From Chlorobiota bacterium (GTDB lineage Bacteria > Bacteroidota > Bacteroidia > Bacteroidales > JAADGE01): a DNA stretch of 49,234 nucleotides. The DNA lies in contig JAADDR010000188.1 of NCBI GenBank assembly GCA_013153865.1, forward strand, positions 1 to 49,234. Direction: 5' to 3'. This document shows, piece by piece, positions 37,482 through 46,556 of the stretch (its first letter is position 1; each line of letters begins with the position of its first letter). A program made the translations under genes and the position numbers. The notes below the pieces were generated by a model. That model was not told the DNA's origin and made no database searches. It worked only from the letters and a program-made list of their open reading frames with translations.

Positions 37482-37542
37482 TAACTTCTGTAAACATTTT
37501 TCCTCCTTCTTTCTTATTGTAAAATTTTAAAACAAACCGAAA

Positions 37543-38823
37543 ATGGCATATTTTTTCACCTCGGAATCAGTATCCGAAGGACACCCCGACAAAGTAGCAG
37601 ACCAAATATCCGATGCTCTTTTAGACGAATTTTTAAAACAAGACCCCGACTCGAAAGTTGCCTGCGAAACTCTCGTAACAACGGGACTTACCGTATTAAG
37701 CGGAGAAGTTAAAACAAAAGCATGGGTTGACACCCAGGAAACGGCAAGAAGAGTAATAAGGGAAATAGGATATACCAAAGGAGAATATAAATTCGAAGCC
37801 GAATCGTGCGGAGTAATATCGGCAATACACGAACAATCGCCCGACATAAACAGAGGTGTCGAAAAATCCGAAGAAGAAGAACAAGGCGCAGGCGACCAAG
37901 GTATGATGTTCGGATATGCCGTAAACGAAACCGAAAACTACATGCCGTTGCCTCTCGACTTATCGCACAAATTATTAATCGAACTTTCCGACATCAGAAA
38001 AAAAGGTAAATTCATGACATACTTGCGACCCGACTCAAAATCGCAGGTAACCGTAGAATACGATAAAAACAACAAACCCGTAAGAATCGATACAATCGTT
38101 ATCTCAACACAACACGACGAATTTGTGCAAGCCGACGGTATTTCGCAAGAAACAGCCGACAAGCAAATGCTCGATAAAATATATGCCGACGTAAGAGATA
38201 TTTTAATACCTAACGTTAAAGCAAAATTACCCGAAAACATACGAAATCTTTTTAAAGGAGACTTTAAACTGCTGGTAAATCCTACCGGAAAATTCGTAAT
38301 AGGCGGACCGCACGGCGACACCGGTCTTACCGGAAGAAAAATAATTGTCGATACATACGGAGGCAAAGGAGCTCACGGAGGAGGTGCTTTCAGCGGAAAA
38401 GACAGCTCTAAAGTTGACCGCTCCGCAGCTTATGCCACTCGCCATATAGCAAAAAACCTTGTTGCAGCGGGCGTTGCCGACGAAGTTTCGGTGCAGGTGG
38501 CTTACGCAATAGGAGTTGCAAAACCCGTAGGTCTTTACGTAAACACATACGGAACGGCAAAAATAAATATGAACGATGATATGATAGCTGAAAAAATAAA
38601 AGATATTTTTGATATGCGACCCGCCGCAATAGTTAAACGATTCGGGCTTAAAAATCCCATTTTTCGCGAAACGGCATCATACGGACACATGGGAAGAGAA
38701 CCTTTTACAAAAGAAGTTACTTTTTCGAAAAACGGCGATTCTTACACAAAAGAAGTCGAATTTTTTACTTGGGAAAAACTCGACTATGTCGATAAAATAA
38801 AACAAAAATTTAACATCCGATAA
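37543..38823 (+). CDS. metK: S-adenosylmethionine synthetase
   Basis: [45 protein letters not shown]. Confidence 0.98.
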   Translation: MAYFFTSESVSEGHPDKVADQISDALLDEFLKQDPDSKVACETLVTTGLTVLSGEVKTKAWVDTQETARRVIREIGYTKGEYKFEAESCGVISAIHEQSPDINRGVEKSEEEEQGAGDQGMMFGYAVNETENYMPLPLDLSHKLLIELSDIRKKGKFMTYLRPDSKSQVTVEYDKNNKPVRIDTIVISTQHDEFVQADGISQETADKQMLDKIYADVRDILIPNVKAKLPENIRNLFKGDFKLLVNPTGKFVIGGPHGDTGLTGRKIIVDTYGGKGAHGGGAFSGKDSSKVDRSAAYATRHIAKNLVAAGVADEVSVQVAYAIGVAKPVGLYVNTYGTAKINMNDDMIAEKIKDIFDMRPAAIVKRFGLKNPIFRETASYGHMGREPFTKEVTFSKNGDSYTKEVEFFTWEKLDYVDKIKQKFNIR

Positions 38824-38864
38824 TTTTCTCTATTTTTGAAAACCGAACAATAACACGAATTTAT

Positions 38865-39983
38865 ATGCCGAAAACTGCTTTTATAACCGGAATTACCGGA
38901 CAAGACGGCGCATATCTTGCCGAATTTTTACTGAAAAAAGGATATATAGTTCACGGACTTAAACGAAGAAGTTCTCTGTTTAACACCGACCGTATAGACC
39001 ACCTGTACCTCGACCCTCATGTAGAAAATCGCAATTTTATACTGCATTACGGCGATTTAACCGATTCTACTAACCTTATTCGCATAATTCAGGAAATTAA
39101 ACCCGACGAAATATACAACCTTGCGGCAATGAGCCACGTAAAAGTAAGTTTCGAAACTCCGGAATACACCGCAAACGCCGACGGAATAGGAACCTTGCGA
39201 ATATTGGAAGCCGTAAAACTGCTCGGACTTACCGAAAAAACAAAAATATATCAAGCATCTACAAGCGAACTTTTCGGATTGGTTCAAGAAATTCCGCAAA
39301 AAGAAACAACTCCTTTTTACCCTCGCAGCCCTTACGGAGTTGCCAAATTATATGCATATTGGATTACGGTAAATTACAGAGAAGCATACGGAATGTTTGC
39401 TTGCAACGGTATTTTATTTAATCACGAATCGCCCGTAAGAGGCGAAACGTTCGTAACAAGAAAAATAACGCGCGCAACCGCAAAAATTGCACTCGGACTG
39501 CAAGACATTATGTATATCGGTAATTTATCGGCAAAAAGAGATTGGGGGCATGCCAAAGACTACGTAAAAGCAATGTGGCTTATGATGCAACGGGAAAAAC
39601 CGGAAGACTTTGTAATAGCAACCGGAAAAACAACATCGGTAAAAGATCTTATTAAAACTTCGTTTGCGGAAATAGGTGCCGAACTGGAATTTAAAGGCGA
39701 AGGCATAAACGAAAAAGGAATTATAAAATCATCGTCGGGTATTTATTCGGAAAATTTGCCCGCAGGCAAAACAGTGGTAAAAGTAGATCCGGCATATTTC
39801 AGACCCGCAGAAGTGGATTTGCTTATCGGCGACCCGTCAAAAGCAAAAGAAAAACTCGGGTGGGAACCCGAATATACTTTCGAAGAACTTATTAAAGAAA
39901 TGGTACAACACGATTTAAAACTAATGAAAAAAGATAAATTCTTAAAAGATGCGGGATATACGATAAAAAATTATTTCGAATAA
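38865..39983 (+). CDS. gmd: GDP-mannose 4,6-dehydratase
   Basis: [63 protein letters not shown]. Confidence 0.97.
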   Translation: MPKTAFITGITGQDGAYLAEFLLKKGYIVHGLKRRSSLFNTDRIDHLYLDPHVENRNFILHYGDLTDSTNLIRIIQEIKPDEIYNLAAMSHVKVSFETPEYTANADGIGTLRILEAVKLLGLTEKTKIYQASTSELFGLVQEIPQKETTPFYPRSPYGVAKLYAYWITVNYREAYGMFACNGILFNHESPVRGETFVTRKITRATAKIALGLQDIMYIGNLSAKRDWGHAKDYVKAMWLMMQREKPEDFVIATGKTTSVKDLIKTSFAEIGAELEFKGEGINEKGIIKSSSGIYSENLPAGKTVVKVDPAYFRPAEVDLLIGDPSKAKEKLGWEPEYTFEELIKEMVQHDLKLMKKDKFLKDAGYTIKNYFE

Positions 39984-40032
39984 TTATCGTAAGACACACT
40001 CTTTGTCGCAAATCAAAGACTCTCGGAAAATA

Positions 40033-40070
40033 AAAAGATGTCCGGCAATTTTAATTACCGGACATCTTTT
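40033..40070. terminator. Bidirectional intrinsic terminator
   Basis: AAAAGATGTCCGG (40033-40045) / CCGGACATCTTTT (40058-40070) between convergent genes. Confidence 0.85.
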
Positions 40071-40091
40071 ATCAATCACTTTATATACAGC

Positions 40092-40682
40092 TTAATGCAA
40101 ACGATATATACGTTTTGCTTCTTCGGCTTCGGGCATATAATTAAAAGGTCCTACAGTCATTACCCTCATCATCAAATTTTCTTTCAAAAATACGTCAAAA
40201 TCATGATATGTGCCTGAAGCAATAGCTCCCGGCTTTCTTATTAACTGATACGAATTGGAGCGCGGTCTGCGGTTAACATGCAATACAAACCAAAAAACCG
40301 TTTGGTTTTCGTCGTAAGTAGAATCCAATTCATGGGGTTTGTCTTGTATTTTGTAAAACAGAATTGCTTTTTTGGCTTCTTCGTATTCGTTAAACGGACC
40401 TATAGCCATTTTCTGACCGTTTCCGAGATATTTCCACAATTCGCGGTCATAATCTTTTTGGCTTCCGTGCTGAATACGGTTACCTTTTAATTGTAAATTA
40501 TAGCTTACATATCCGGTTTCACTGTCTTCTTTTTCTCTAACACTTACGTAAAACCAGTAAACAAGACGATTCTCGTCCATATTATCGCTGTAATTTACTT
40601 GTGCGCGAGCCGTATTCGGAGAATAAAAAGTTCCGGCAAACATAAGTGTTAATAAAACTGATAATTTAAAGATGTTTTTCAT
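40092..40682 (-). CDS. Secreted hypothetical protein with an internally duplicated domain (SPOR-like GPF...EA motif)
   Basis: Signal peptide ending ARAQ; VYWFYVSV...AIGPFNEYEEAKKA and VFWFVLHV...TVGPFNYMPEAEEAK. Confidence 0.7.
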   Translation of the reverse strand: MKNIFKLSVLLTLMFAGTFYSPNTARAQVNYSDNMDENRLVYWFYVSVREKEDSETGYVSYNLQLKGNRIQHGSQKDYDRELWKYLGNGQKMAIGPFNEYEEAKKAILFYKIQDKPHELDSTYDENQTVFWFVLHVNRRPRSNSYQLIRKPGAIASGTYHDFDVFLKENLMMRVMTVGPFNYMPEAEEAKRIYRLH

Positions 40683-40733
40683 TGTATTTTAATTTAAGTT
40701 TACGTTTGATTTAAGGTTCGGTTATTTCATAAA

Positions 40734-41270
40734 CTACAAACAATATGCCGAAGATAGATATCTTGTTGCACATGACAACCTTTCACTTCCTTTTCCTTTG
40801 ATAATAAAATATTTAAATCCGTAATTTTCAAGTTCCGACTTATATTTTTCAAATAAAATCATACGCTCTTCGCCGCCGTTTTCTCTTACATTATCGGGTA
40901 TCCAAGGCAAATCGGGGCTGCACAACAAATAACAGTCGATTTTTATATTTTCGATTGCTTCAAGCAAATAATCCGGAACTTTTTTAAATACAATTTCAAA
41001 CCAAAGTTTTGTTATTATCAGCCCGGTATCAAAAAAAACATAGTTCTCGGTTTTTCCGTAATAATTTCCCGATAATGTTTTTATTTGTCTTTCGGCAATA
41101 TATTCCACGTCGGCATAAGTATATTTACGGTTCAAATTTTCGACATAAATTCTGGCATACTCCGGAAAAAACAATGCTCCGTAGAAACCGGCAAGTTCTT
41201 TTGTCAATGTTGATTTTCCGCTTGATTCCGGACCCGTAATTACAACTTTTTTTATTTTATTTGCAGGCAT
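40734..41270 (-). CDS. NadR-type P-loop kinase/ATPase (AAA_28; ribosylnicotinamide-kinase-like)
   Basis: VVITGPESSGKSTL, PEYAR, FFDT, YLLCSPDLPWIPDNVRE. Confidence 0.85.
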   Translation of the reverse strand: MPANKIKKVVITGPESSGKSTLTKELAGFYGALFFPEYARIYVENLNRKYTYADVEYIAERQIKTLSGNYYGKTENYVFFDTGLIITKLWFEIVFKKVPDYLLEAIENIKIDCYLLCSPDLPWIPDNVRENGGEERMILFEKYKSELENYGFKYFIIKGKGSERLSCATRYLSSAYCL

Positions 41271-41283
41271 TTTAAGTTTCGTA

Positions 41284-41775
41284 TTATCGAGCTTTGATTA
41301 TATCCGTAATTTTAGCTTCGAATATTAAAGTCGAATACGGCGGAATAATACCCGTTCTGTCGCCTCCGTAAGCTAAATCGGAAGGTATTATTATCAAAAC
41401 CGGAACATTTTTTTTCATCATGCCGACGGCTTCTTCCCAGCCGGGTATTACATCGTCTTTTAAATAAGCATAACGTGCGGGTTTATATATGCTTTTTTCG
41501 TCAAAAACAACGGAAGTATCAGCCAGCAAATAACCTTTGTAAGCAATTAAAACGGTATCGCCTTCCGCCGGAAAATCGTAATCCGGGTAACCCGAAGTGG
41601 AAAATCCGGACTCTACCAGATATAAACCGTCGGCGGTAGGTTCCTGAGTAATATTATGCTCTTTAAGATATTCGGACAATAAAGCGGCTTCGGCATCTTT
41701 TTCGTTTTTATCGCACGAATAAACGCCTGACAGCAGTATTGCCGTAAATAAGAAATATTTTACATATTTTTTCAT
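41284..41775 (-). CDS. FKBP-type peptidyl-prolyl isomerase lipoprotein
   Basis: Lipobox-like VYSC; YKGYLL...VFD; VIPGWEEAV; IPSDLAYG; IPPYSTLIFE. Confidence 0.9.
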   Translation of the reverse strand: MKKYVKYFLFTAILLSGVYSCDKNEKDAEAALLSEYLKEHNITQEPTADGLYLVESGFSTSGYPDYDFPAEGDTVLIAYKGYLLADTSVVFDEKSIYKPARYAYLKDDVIPGWEEAVGMMKKNVPVLIIIPSDLAYGGDRTGIIPPYSTLIFEAKITDIIKAR

Positions 41776-41782
41776 ATTCGAT

Positions 41783-41816
41783 AAAAAAAAAACGATTCCG
41801 GTAAAGAATCGCTTTT
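41783..41816 (-). terminator. Intrinsic terminator after the SUMF1-domain gene
   Basis: Minus strand GCGATTC-loop-GAATCGT followed by a long T run (A run at 41783-41792 on +). Confidence 0.7.
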
Positions 41817-41832
41817 AAATATTTTGCGGTTT

Positions 41833-42714
41833 TTATTTGTTCTTTGCTAATCTGAAACCGAAATTATAATTTGTTTTACCGGCTTTAGGTCCGTCGCGAC
41901 TCGTAACTTTGGCAAGCTCCGCTCTGTAATGCCACGAACCGCCTCTTATTACTCTGTAAGGCATTGGAGTTGCACAAAAGGGGTTATCTTCCGGCGAAAC
42001 CGAATAATAATTTGTTTTGTAATAATCGCTGCACCATTCCCAAACGTTTCCGCTCATATCGTAAATTCCGAGTTCGTTAGGTTTTTTTGTTTTAACGTTT
42101 TTAGGTCCGGAAAGTTTAGATGTTTCGTCATACCACGCAACTGCATTTATGTCATTACTTCCGCTGTATTTAAATTTTTGGCTTTTATTTCCTCCTCTTG
42201 CCGCAAATTCCCATTCGGCTTCGGTAGGTAAGCGATAACCGTTTTTGCTTCGGTCTAAATCCCAACCTCCGTCGGCATTTTTTACGTAACATTTTTCCAA
42301 ACCGTTTTGTTTGCTTAGCCAATTGCAATATTCTATTGCATCATACCAGTTTACGTGTTGCATAGGCAAATTCGGTTCCCATCCCCACCAGCTTTTTCCG
42401 GATGATACATAAAACATTTGAGTATATTTATGAGAATCCATCCACTCTTTGTCCGGAGGTTCGGGCATTTTTTTACCGGTAGCCGAAGCAAACTTTTTAT
42501 ATTCGCCTACGGTTACTTCGTGTTCTCCGATATAGAAAGAATTTACCGTAACTTTATGTGCGGGTTTTTCTTCGGGTACTCCCGTGTTGGAGCCCATGGT
42601 AAATGTTCCGCCCTCAACCAATATCATCTTAGGTGCCTGCGCAAATATTCCGACATTGCTAAATAGTACAATTGATAAAATAAGACCGGATATTCGAAGA
42701 ATATGCTTTTTCAT
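41833..42714 (-). CDS. Secreted FGE-sulfatase/SUMF1-domain protein (probably non-catalytic)
   Basis: VEGGTFTMG, HEVT, YRLPTEAEWEFAARGG, PNELGIYDMSGNVWEWC, RGGSW, GFRL. Confidence 0.9.
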   Translation of the reverse strand: MKKHILRISGLILSIVLFSNVGIFAQAPKMILVEGGTFTMGSNTGVPEEKPAHKVTVNSFYIGEHEVTVGEYKKFASATGKKMPEPPDKEWMDSHKYTQMFYVSSGKSWWGWEPNLPMQHVNWYDAIEYCNWLSKQNGLEKCYVKNADGGWDLDRSKNGYRLPTEAEWEFAARGGNKSQKFKYSGSNDINAVAWYDETSKLSGPKNVKTKKPNELGIYDMSGNVWEWCSDYYKTNYYSVSPEDNPFCATPMPYRVIRGGSWHYRAELAKVTSRDGPKAGKTNYNFGFRLAKNK

Positions 42715-43093
42715 GTGTTTAACTTTTTATTATCTGTTCCGTAGTATAATGCCGTAAATTTAAAGCAAAATTTATGATTATACAAATTAAAACAACGGCA
42801 CGTTTTCAATATGTAAATTTATAAATGAATTATGTTTTGACAAAATTTATTTATTTTATATCGTATTTATTTTTCTGAAACTTATATTTTTTCGTTTTTT
42901 TCATTTTTTTTAAACATTTTTTCACATTATTTATAATCAGGTTTTTATAAAATAAATTGTTCTGTTAAAGGTAAATAATTTTTTATATGTTGTAATATTA
43001 ACATTACAGAATGTATGGTAATACAAAGTTTACAAAGTATATGCCGGCACAAAATATGCAATTGTATTTTCGTCCGAAATAATTTCAATTTAA

Positions 43094-43498
43094 ATGACAA
43101 AAAAGGGAAAAAAGATATTATTGGCGGAAGCATTTGAACCGAGTCGTAAAATAATGACTCAGATTTTGGAAATGCTCGGATGGAACTACGCCGCCGCCGA
43201 TAACGGTTTTGACGTTATTTTAGCTCTTAAATCGGAACCTTTCGATTTGCTGCTGCTGGATTTGGAATTATCTCAGCTCGACGGATTTGAAACAATTGAA
43301 CATATACGCCGGAATTTAGACTTTCCGGTAAACACAATACCCGTATTGGCAATGATAAACAGCGATTTTGCTTCGGAATTTAACAAAACATATAAAAACG
43401 AAGGTTTTGACGACATAATAATAAAGCCCTTTTCAATAGACGAGTTAGATTCTAAAATTAAAGAAATTCTTTATCGCAAAAATCCTCTGTTCGCCTGA
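43094..43498 (+). CDS. Single-domain response regulator receiver (atypical)
   Basis: KILLAE, DLLLLDLELSQLDGFE, IPVLAM, IIKPF. Confidence 0.85.
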   Translation: MTKKGKKILLAEAFEPSRKIMTQILEMLGWNYAAADNGFDVILALKSEPFDLLLLDLELSQLDGFETIEHIRRNLDFPVNTIPVLAMINSDFASEFNKTYKNEGFDDIIIKPFSIDELDSKIKEILYRKNPLFA

Positions 43499-43546
43499 AA
43501 CCGATACTGAAATTGTTTTATTCGGTTAAATATTCAGATATTCGAA

Positions 43547-44059
43547 TTACTTATTTAAAATATTAAGAATATCTTTTTCCAATGATTCTCTCGGGCTCTC
43601 GACAATACGCCCCGTTTCCTCTCCGTTGCGATAAAAAATAAATACCGGAATACGCGTAAAACTTATACCGTCAAGACTTTTGTTTCTCGAAGACTTTTTT
43701 GTATCAACAGCCGTTAAACTTATAATATTTTCGGGTATATGCGCAGCATCGACAATTCTAAAAAATCTCGGTAACTCTCTCCTGCTGTCGCCGCACCATG
43801 TTCCGAAAATAATTTTTATGTTAATATCTTTATACAAATCAGAATTGCCAAGCAAATCAATAACCTCTTTATCCGGATTATAAGAAGAATAATTCTTTTC
43901 AAACCATGTCTTAAACTCGTCTTTCAAAAAACTTTTACGGTTTACATCTCCTATTAATATTTTTTCATGCTTTTTTTCGTCCGTAACAATCTTATTTTTA
44001 GTAAAAACACATGAACTTAAAATTAAAGCAAAAAGAAATAAAACATAAAATCTTTTCAT
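43547..44059 (-). CDS. Thioredoxin-family lipoprotein (WCGDS, CxxS)
   Basis: Lipobox LSSC; FGTWCGDSRRELPRF; RIPVFIFY...GRIVESP..SLEKD. Confidence 0.85.
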   Translation of the reverse strand: MKRFYVLFLFALILSSCVFTKNKIVTDEKKHEKILIGDVNRKSFLKDEFKTWFEKNYSSYNPDKEVIDLLGNSDLYKDINIKIIFGTWCGDSRRELPRFFRIVDAAHIPENIISLTAVDTKKSSRNKSLDGISFTRIPVFIFYRNGEETGRIVESPRESLEKDILNILNK

Positions 44060-44161
44060 AATATTTATTATTTTTGTTATATTGTCTGTTGCAAATCAAA
44101 CATTACAAATTTACATATTAAAAAACGGAAATTAAATAAAATAACATTAAAAAAAACGATT

Positions 44162-44821
44162 ATGAGCAAATCTCCAAAAACAGCAATTATTCTTGCCGGC
44201 AGCGGCGTGTTCGACGGTGCCGAAATTCACGAAGCAACCATGACAATGTATGCGGTAGTAAAAAACGGCGGGAGCTATCAAATTTTTGCTCCCGACATAG
44301 AGCAACATCACGTAATAAACCATATTACCGGCGAAGAAACAAACGAAAAAAGAAATGTTATGGTTGAAGCGGCACGTATTGCCCGAGGTAACATAAAACC
44401 GCTTTCGGAACTTAATATGGAAGATTTTGATGCTTTAATGATGCCGGGAGGATTCGGCGTGGCAAAAAATCTGTCCGATTTTGCCTTTAAAGGACCCGAT
44501 TGTAACGTGCTGCCCGATGTAGAAAGGGTTATAAAAGATGCGGTTGCTCAAGGTAAGCCCATAGGAGCTTTATGCATATCGCCGGCAATAGTGGCAAAAG
44601 TGCTGAAAGGCGTAAGCGTAACGATAGGACAAGACAAAGATACGGCACAAGCAATAGAAAAAATGGGATCTAAACACGAAATTACAAACCACGGAGAAGT
44701 TGTTATCGACAAAACTTTTAAAACGGCAACAACTCCCTGCTATATGCTCGACGCTACAATTGCCGACATAGCCGAAGGAGCGTTAAACGTAACGGCAGCA
44801 GTTTTTGAAATGATAAAATAA
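44162..44821 (+). CDS. elbB: Glyoxalase ElbB (DJ-1/PfpI superfamily)
   Basis: GVFDGAEIHE, RNVMVEAARIARG, PGGFGVAKNL, ALCISP, TTPCYML. Confidence 0.93.
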   Translation: MSKSPKTAIILAGSGVFDGAEIHEATMTMYAVVKNGGSYQIFAPDIEQHHVINHITGEETNEKRNVMVEAARIARGNIKPLSELNMEDFDALMMPGGFGVAKNLSDFAFKGPDCNVLPDVERVIKDAVAQGKPIGALCISPAIVAKVLKGVSVTIGQDKDTAQAIEKMGSKHEITNHGEVVIDKTFKTATTPCYMLDATIADIAEGALNVTAAVFEMIK

Positions 44822-44832
44822 ACGAAAAAAAC

Positions 44833-44890
44833 TAAGCTTGTCCGGAAAACACAATTTTAAATCTCGAAAACAAATTCCCGGGCAAGCTTA
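44833..44890. repeat. Intergenic inverted repeat with long loop
   Basis: TAAGCTTGTCCGG (44833-44845) pairs with CCGGGCAAGCTTA (44878-44890), one G-T pair, 32-nt loop. Confidence 0.7.
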
Positions 44891-44922
44891 ATTTATTTGC
44901 AAAACCTCAAGAAAGACAAAAC

Positions 44923-46392
44923 ATGCCCGAAAACAAAAAATCTCCTACCCTTTTACAATCATTAATTCCGATTATTTTTTTAATTATATTACTGTCATTA
45001 AACGTAATTATTTGGGGCGACGAAACTTTAGACGGTTCAAATCAAACGGCATTATTGCTTGCCGCGGCTTCGGCTTCGATTATAGCTTTTAAACTCGGTA
45101 TCGGCTGGGTAAAACTGCGAAAACGCATAGTTAAAACAATAGGTAAAGCCATGCCCGCCATATTAATTTTGCTTTTAATAGGTTCTTTATCCGGAACATG
45201 GCTTTTAAGCGGAGTTATACCGGCATTTATTTACTACGGACTTGAGGTATTGCACCCTTCAATATTTTTATTTGCAACCGTTGTTATTGCCGGGCTTATA
45301 TCTTTGGCAACCGGCAGTTCGTGGTCAACCGTTGCAACGGTAGGAGTTGCACTGCTTGGTATAGGTCATGCCGTAGGCATTAACGATGCCGTAACTGCGG
45401 GAGCAATTATTTCCGGCGCTTATTTCGGCGATAAAATGTCTCCGCTGTCGGATACTACAAATCTTGCTCCGGCAATGGCAGGAACCGATTTATATACTCA
45501 CATCCGATATATGATGATTACCACCGTGCCGTCGATGTCCGTTACTTTAATAATATTTTTGATTATAGGATTTACATATGATTTTAAAGCCGATGCATCC
45601 GATGTTGCGGAAGTTCAAAAAGCAATAGCCGATACTTTTAACATAACACCTTGGTTGTTTCTTGTTCCGGCATTTTTGATATTCATAATAATAAAAAAGG
45701 TAAAACCATTACCTTCCATGTTACTCGGAACACTTGCAGGCGGCTTGTTTGCAATAATTTTTCAGCCCGATATAATAAAACACATTTCGGGAATAAGCGA
45801 TAACTATGCCGAAGCATCTTACATAAGCGTAATGAAAGCAATGTACGGAGAAATAAAGATAACAACGGAAAATCAACGCATAAACGATTTATTCGGAACA
45901 GGCGGAATGGCAGGCATGCTCAATACCGTTTGGCTTATTTTATCGGCAATGGTATTCGGAGGTGTTATGGAATCCGGAGGCATGCTCAAAAAAATAACTT
46001 TATCGATAATGAAACTCGTAAAATCGGATGCTTCTCTTATTGCCTCAACGGCTGCTTCGTGCATATTTTTTAACGCAACGGCATCCGACCAATATATTTC
46101 CATAGTAGTTCCGGGAAGAATGTATAACAAAGCGTTTAAAGAAAAAGGACTTAAACCGGAGGTATTAAGCAGAACCCTTGAAGATGCGGGAACGGTTACT
46201 TCGGTTTTAATTCCGTGGAACACCGGAGGCGCAACTCAAGCGCGCGTGCTGGGCGTTGCCACCGTTGATTATTTGCCGTATGCTTTTTTTAACCTCATAA
46301 GCCCTTTAATGACTGTTCTTACGGCTTTCTTAAATTATAAAATAAGAAGATTCTCAGACGACAAAAAGAAAAACATTACCGAAAACAAATAA
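44923..46392 (+). CDS. nhaC: Na+/H+ antiporter NhaC family
   Basis: ATGSSWSTVATVG, GAIISGAYFGDKMSPLSDTTNLA, LSRTLEDAGT, LIPWN. Confidence 0.92.
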   Translation: MPENKKSPTLLQSLIPIIFLIILLSLNVIIWGDETLDGSNQTALLLAAASASIIAFKLGIGWVKLRKRIVKTIGKAMPAILILLLIGSLSGTWLLSGVIPAFIYYGLEVLHPSIFLFATVVIAGLISLATGSSWSTVATVGVALLGIGHAVGINDAVTAGAIISGAYFGDKMSPLSDTTNLAPAMAGTDLYTHIRYMMITTVPSMSVTLIIFLIIGFTYDFKADASDVAEVQKAIADTFNITPWLFLVPAFLIFIIIKKVKPLPSMLLGTLAGGLFAIIFQPDIIKHISGISDNYAEASYISVMKAMYGEIKITTENQRINDLFGTGGMAGMLNTVWLILSAMVFGGVMESGGMLKKITLSIMKLVKSDASLIASTAASCIFFNATASDQYISIVVPGRMYNKAFKEKGLKPEVLSRTLEDAGTVTSVLIPWNTGGATQARVLGVATVDYLPYAFFNLISPLMTVLTAFLNYKIRRFSDDKKKNITENK

Positions 46393-46556
46393 TACCGGAT
46401 ACCGGACGGTAAATTTCTAAATATCGTAATATCTTTTCCGGTAAACAAATATTATTATTTTTGCAATCTGTTCGGTTGCCGGTTTTAATTTTAACAAAAA
46501 AACACATACCGAAAGCCGAAAACAGATTTAATTTTAAATTTAAAACATAAACAAAC

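Noticed and set aside
41284-42714. Calling the FKBP and SUMF1 genes gldI and gldK/gldJ
   Set aside because: The SUMF1 protein is short and lacks a lipobox, no gldL/M/N genes are adjacent, and the FKBP has only generic motifs.
42945-43133. Small intergenic ORFs 42945-43133 (-) and 20848-21081 (-)
   Set aside because: Low-complexity AT-rich translations overlapping the starts of real genes, with no motifs.
44162-44230. ElbB LAGSG in place of the usual LSGCG
   Set aside because: The nucleophile-elbow Cys (ALCISP) and EIHE are intact, so this is probably a neutral variant.
44822-44922. Lysine or sodium riboswitch ahead of nhaC
   Set aside because: The 101-bp spacer is too short for a lysine riboswitch, and I could not match conserved nucleotides of known motifs.
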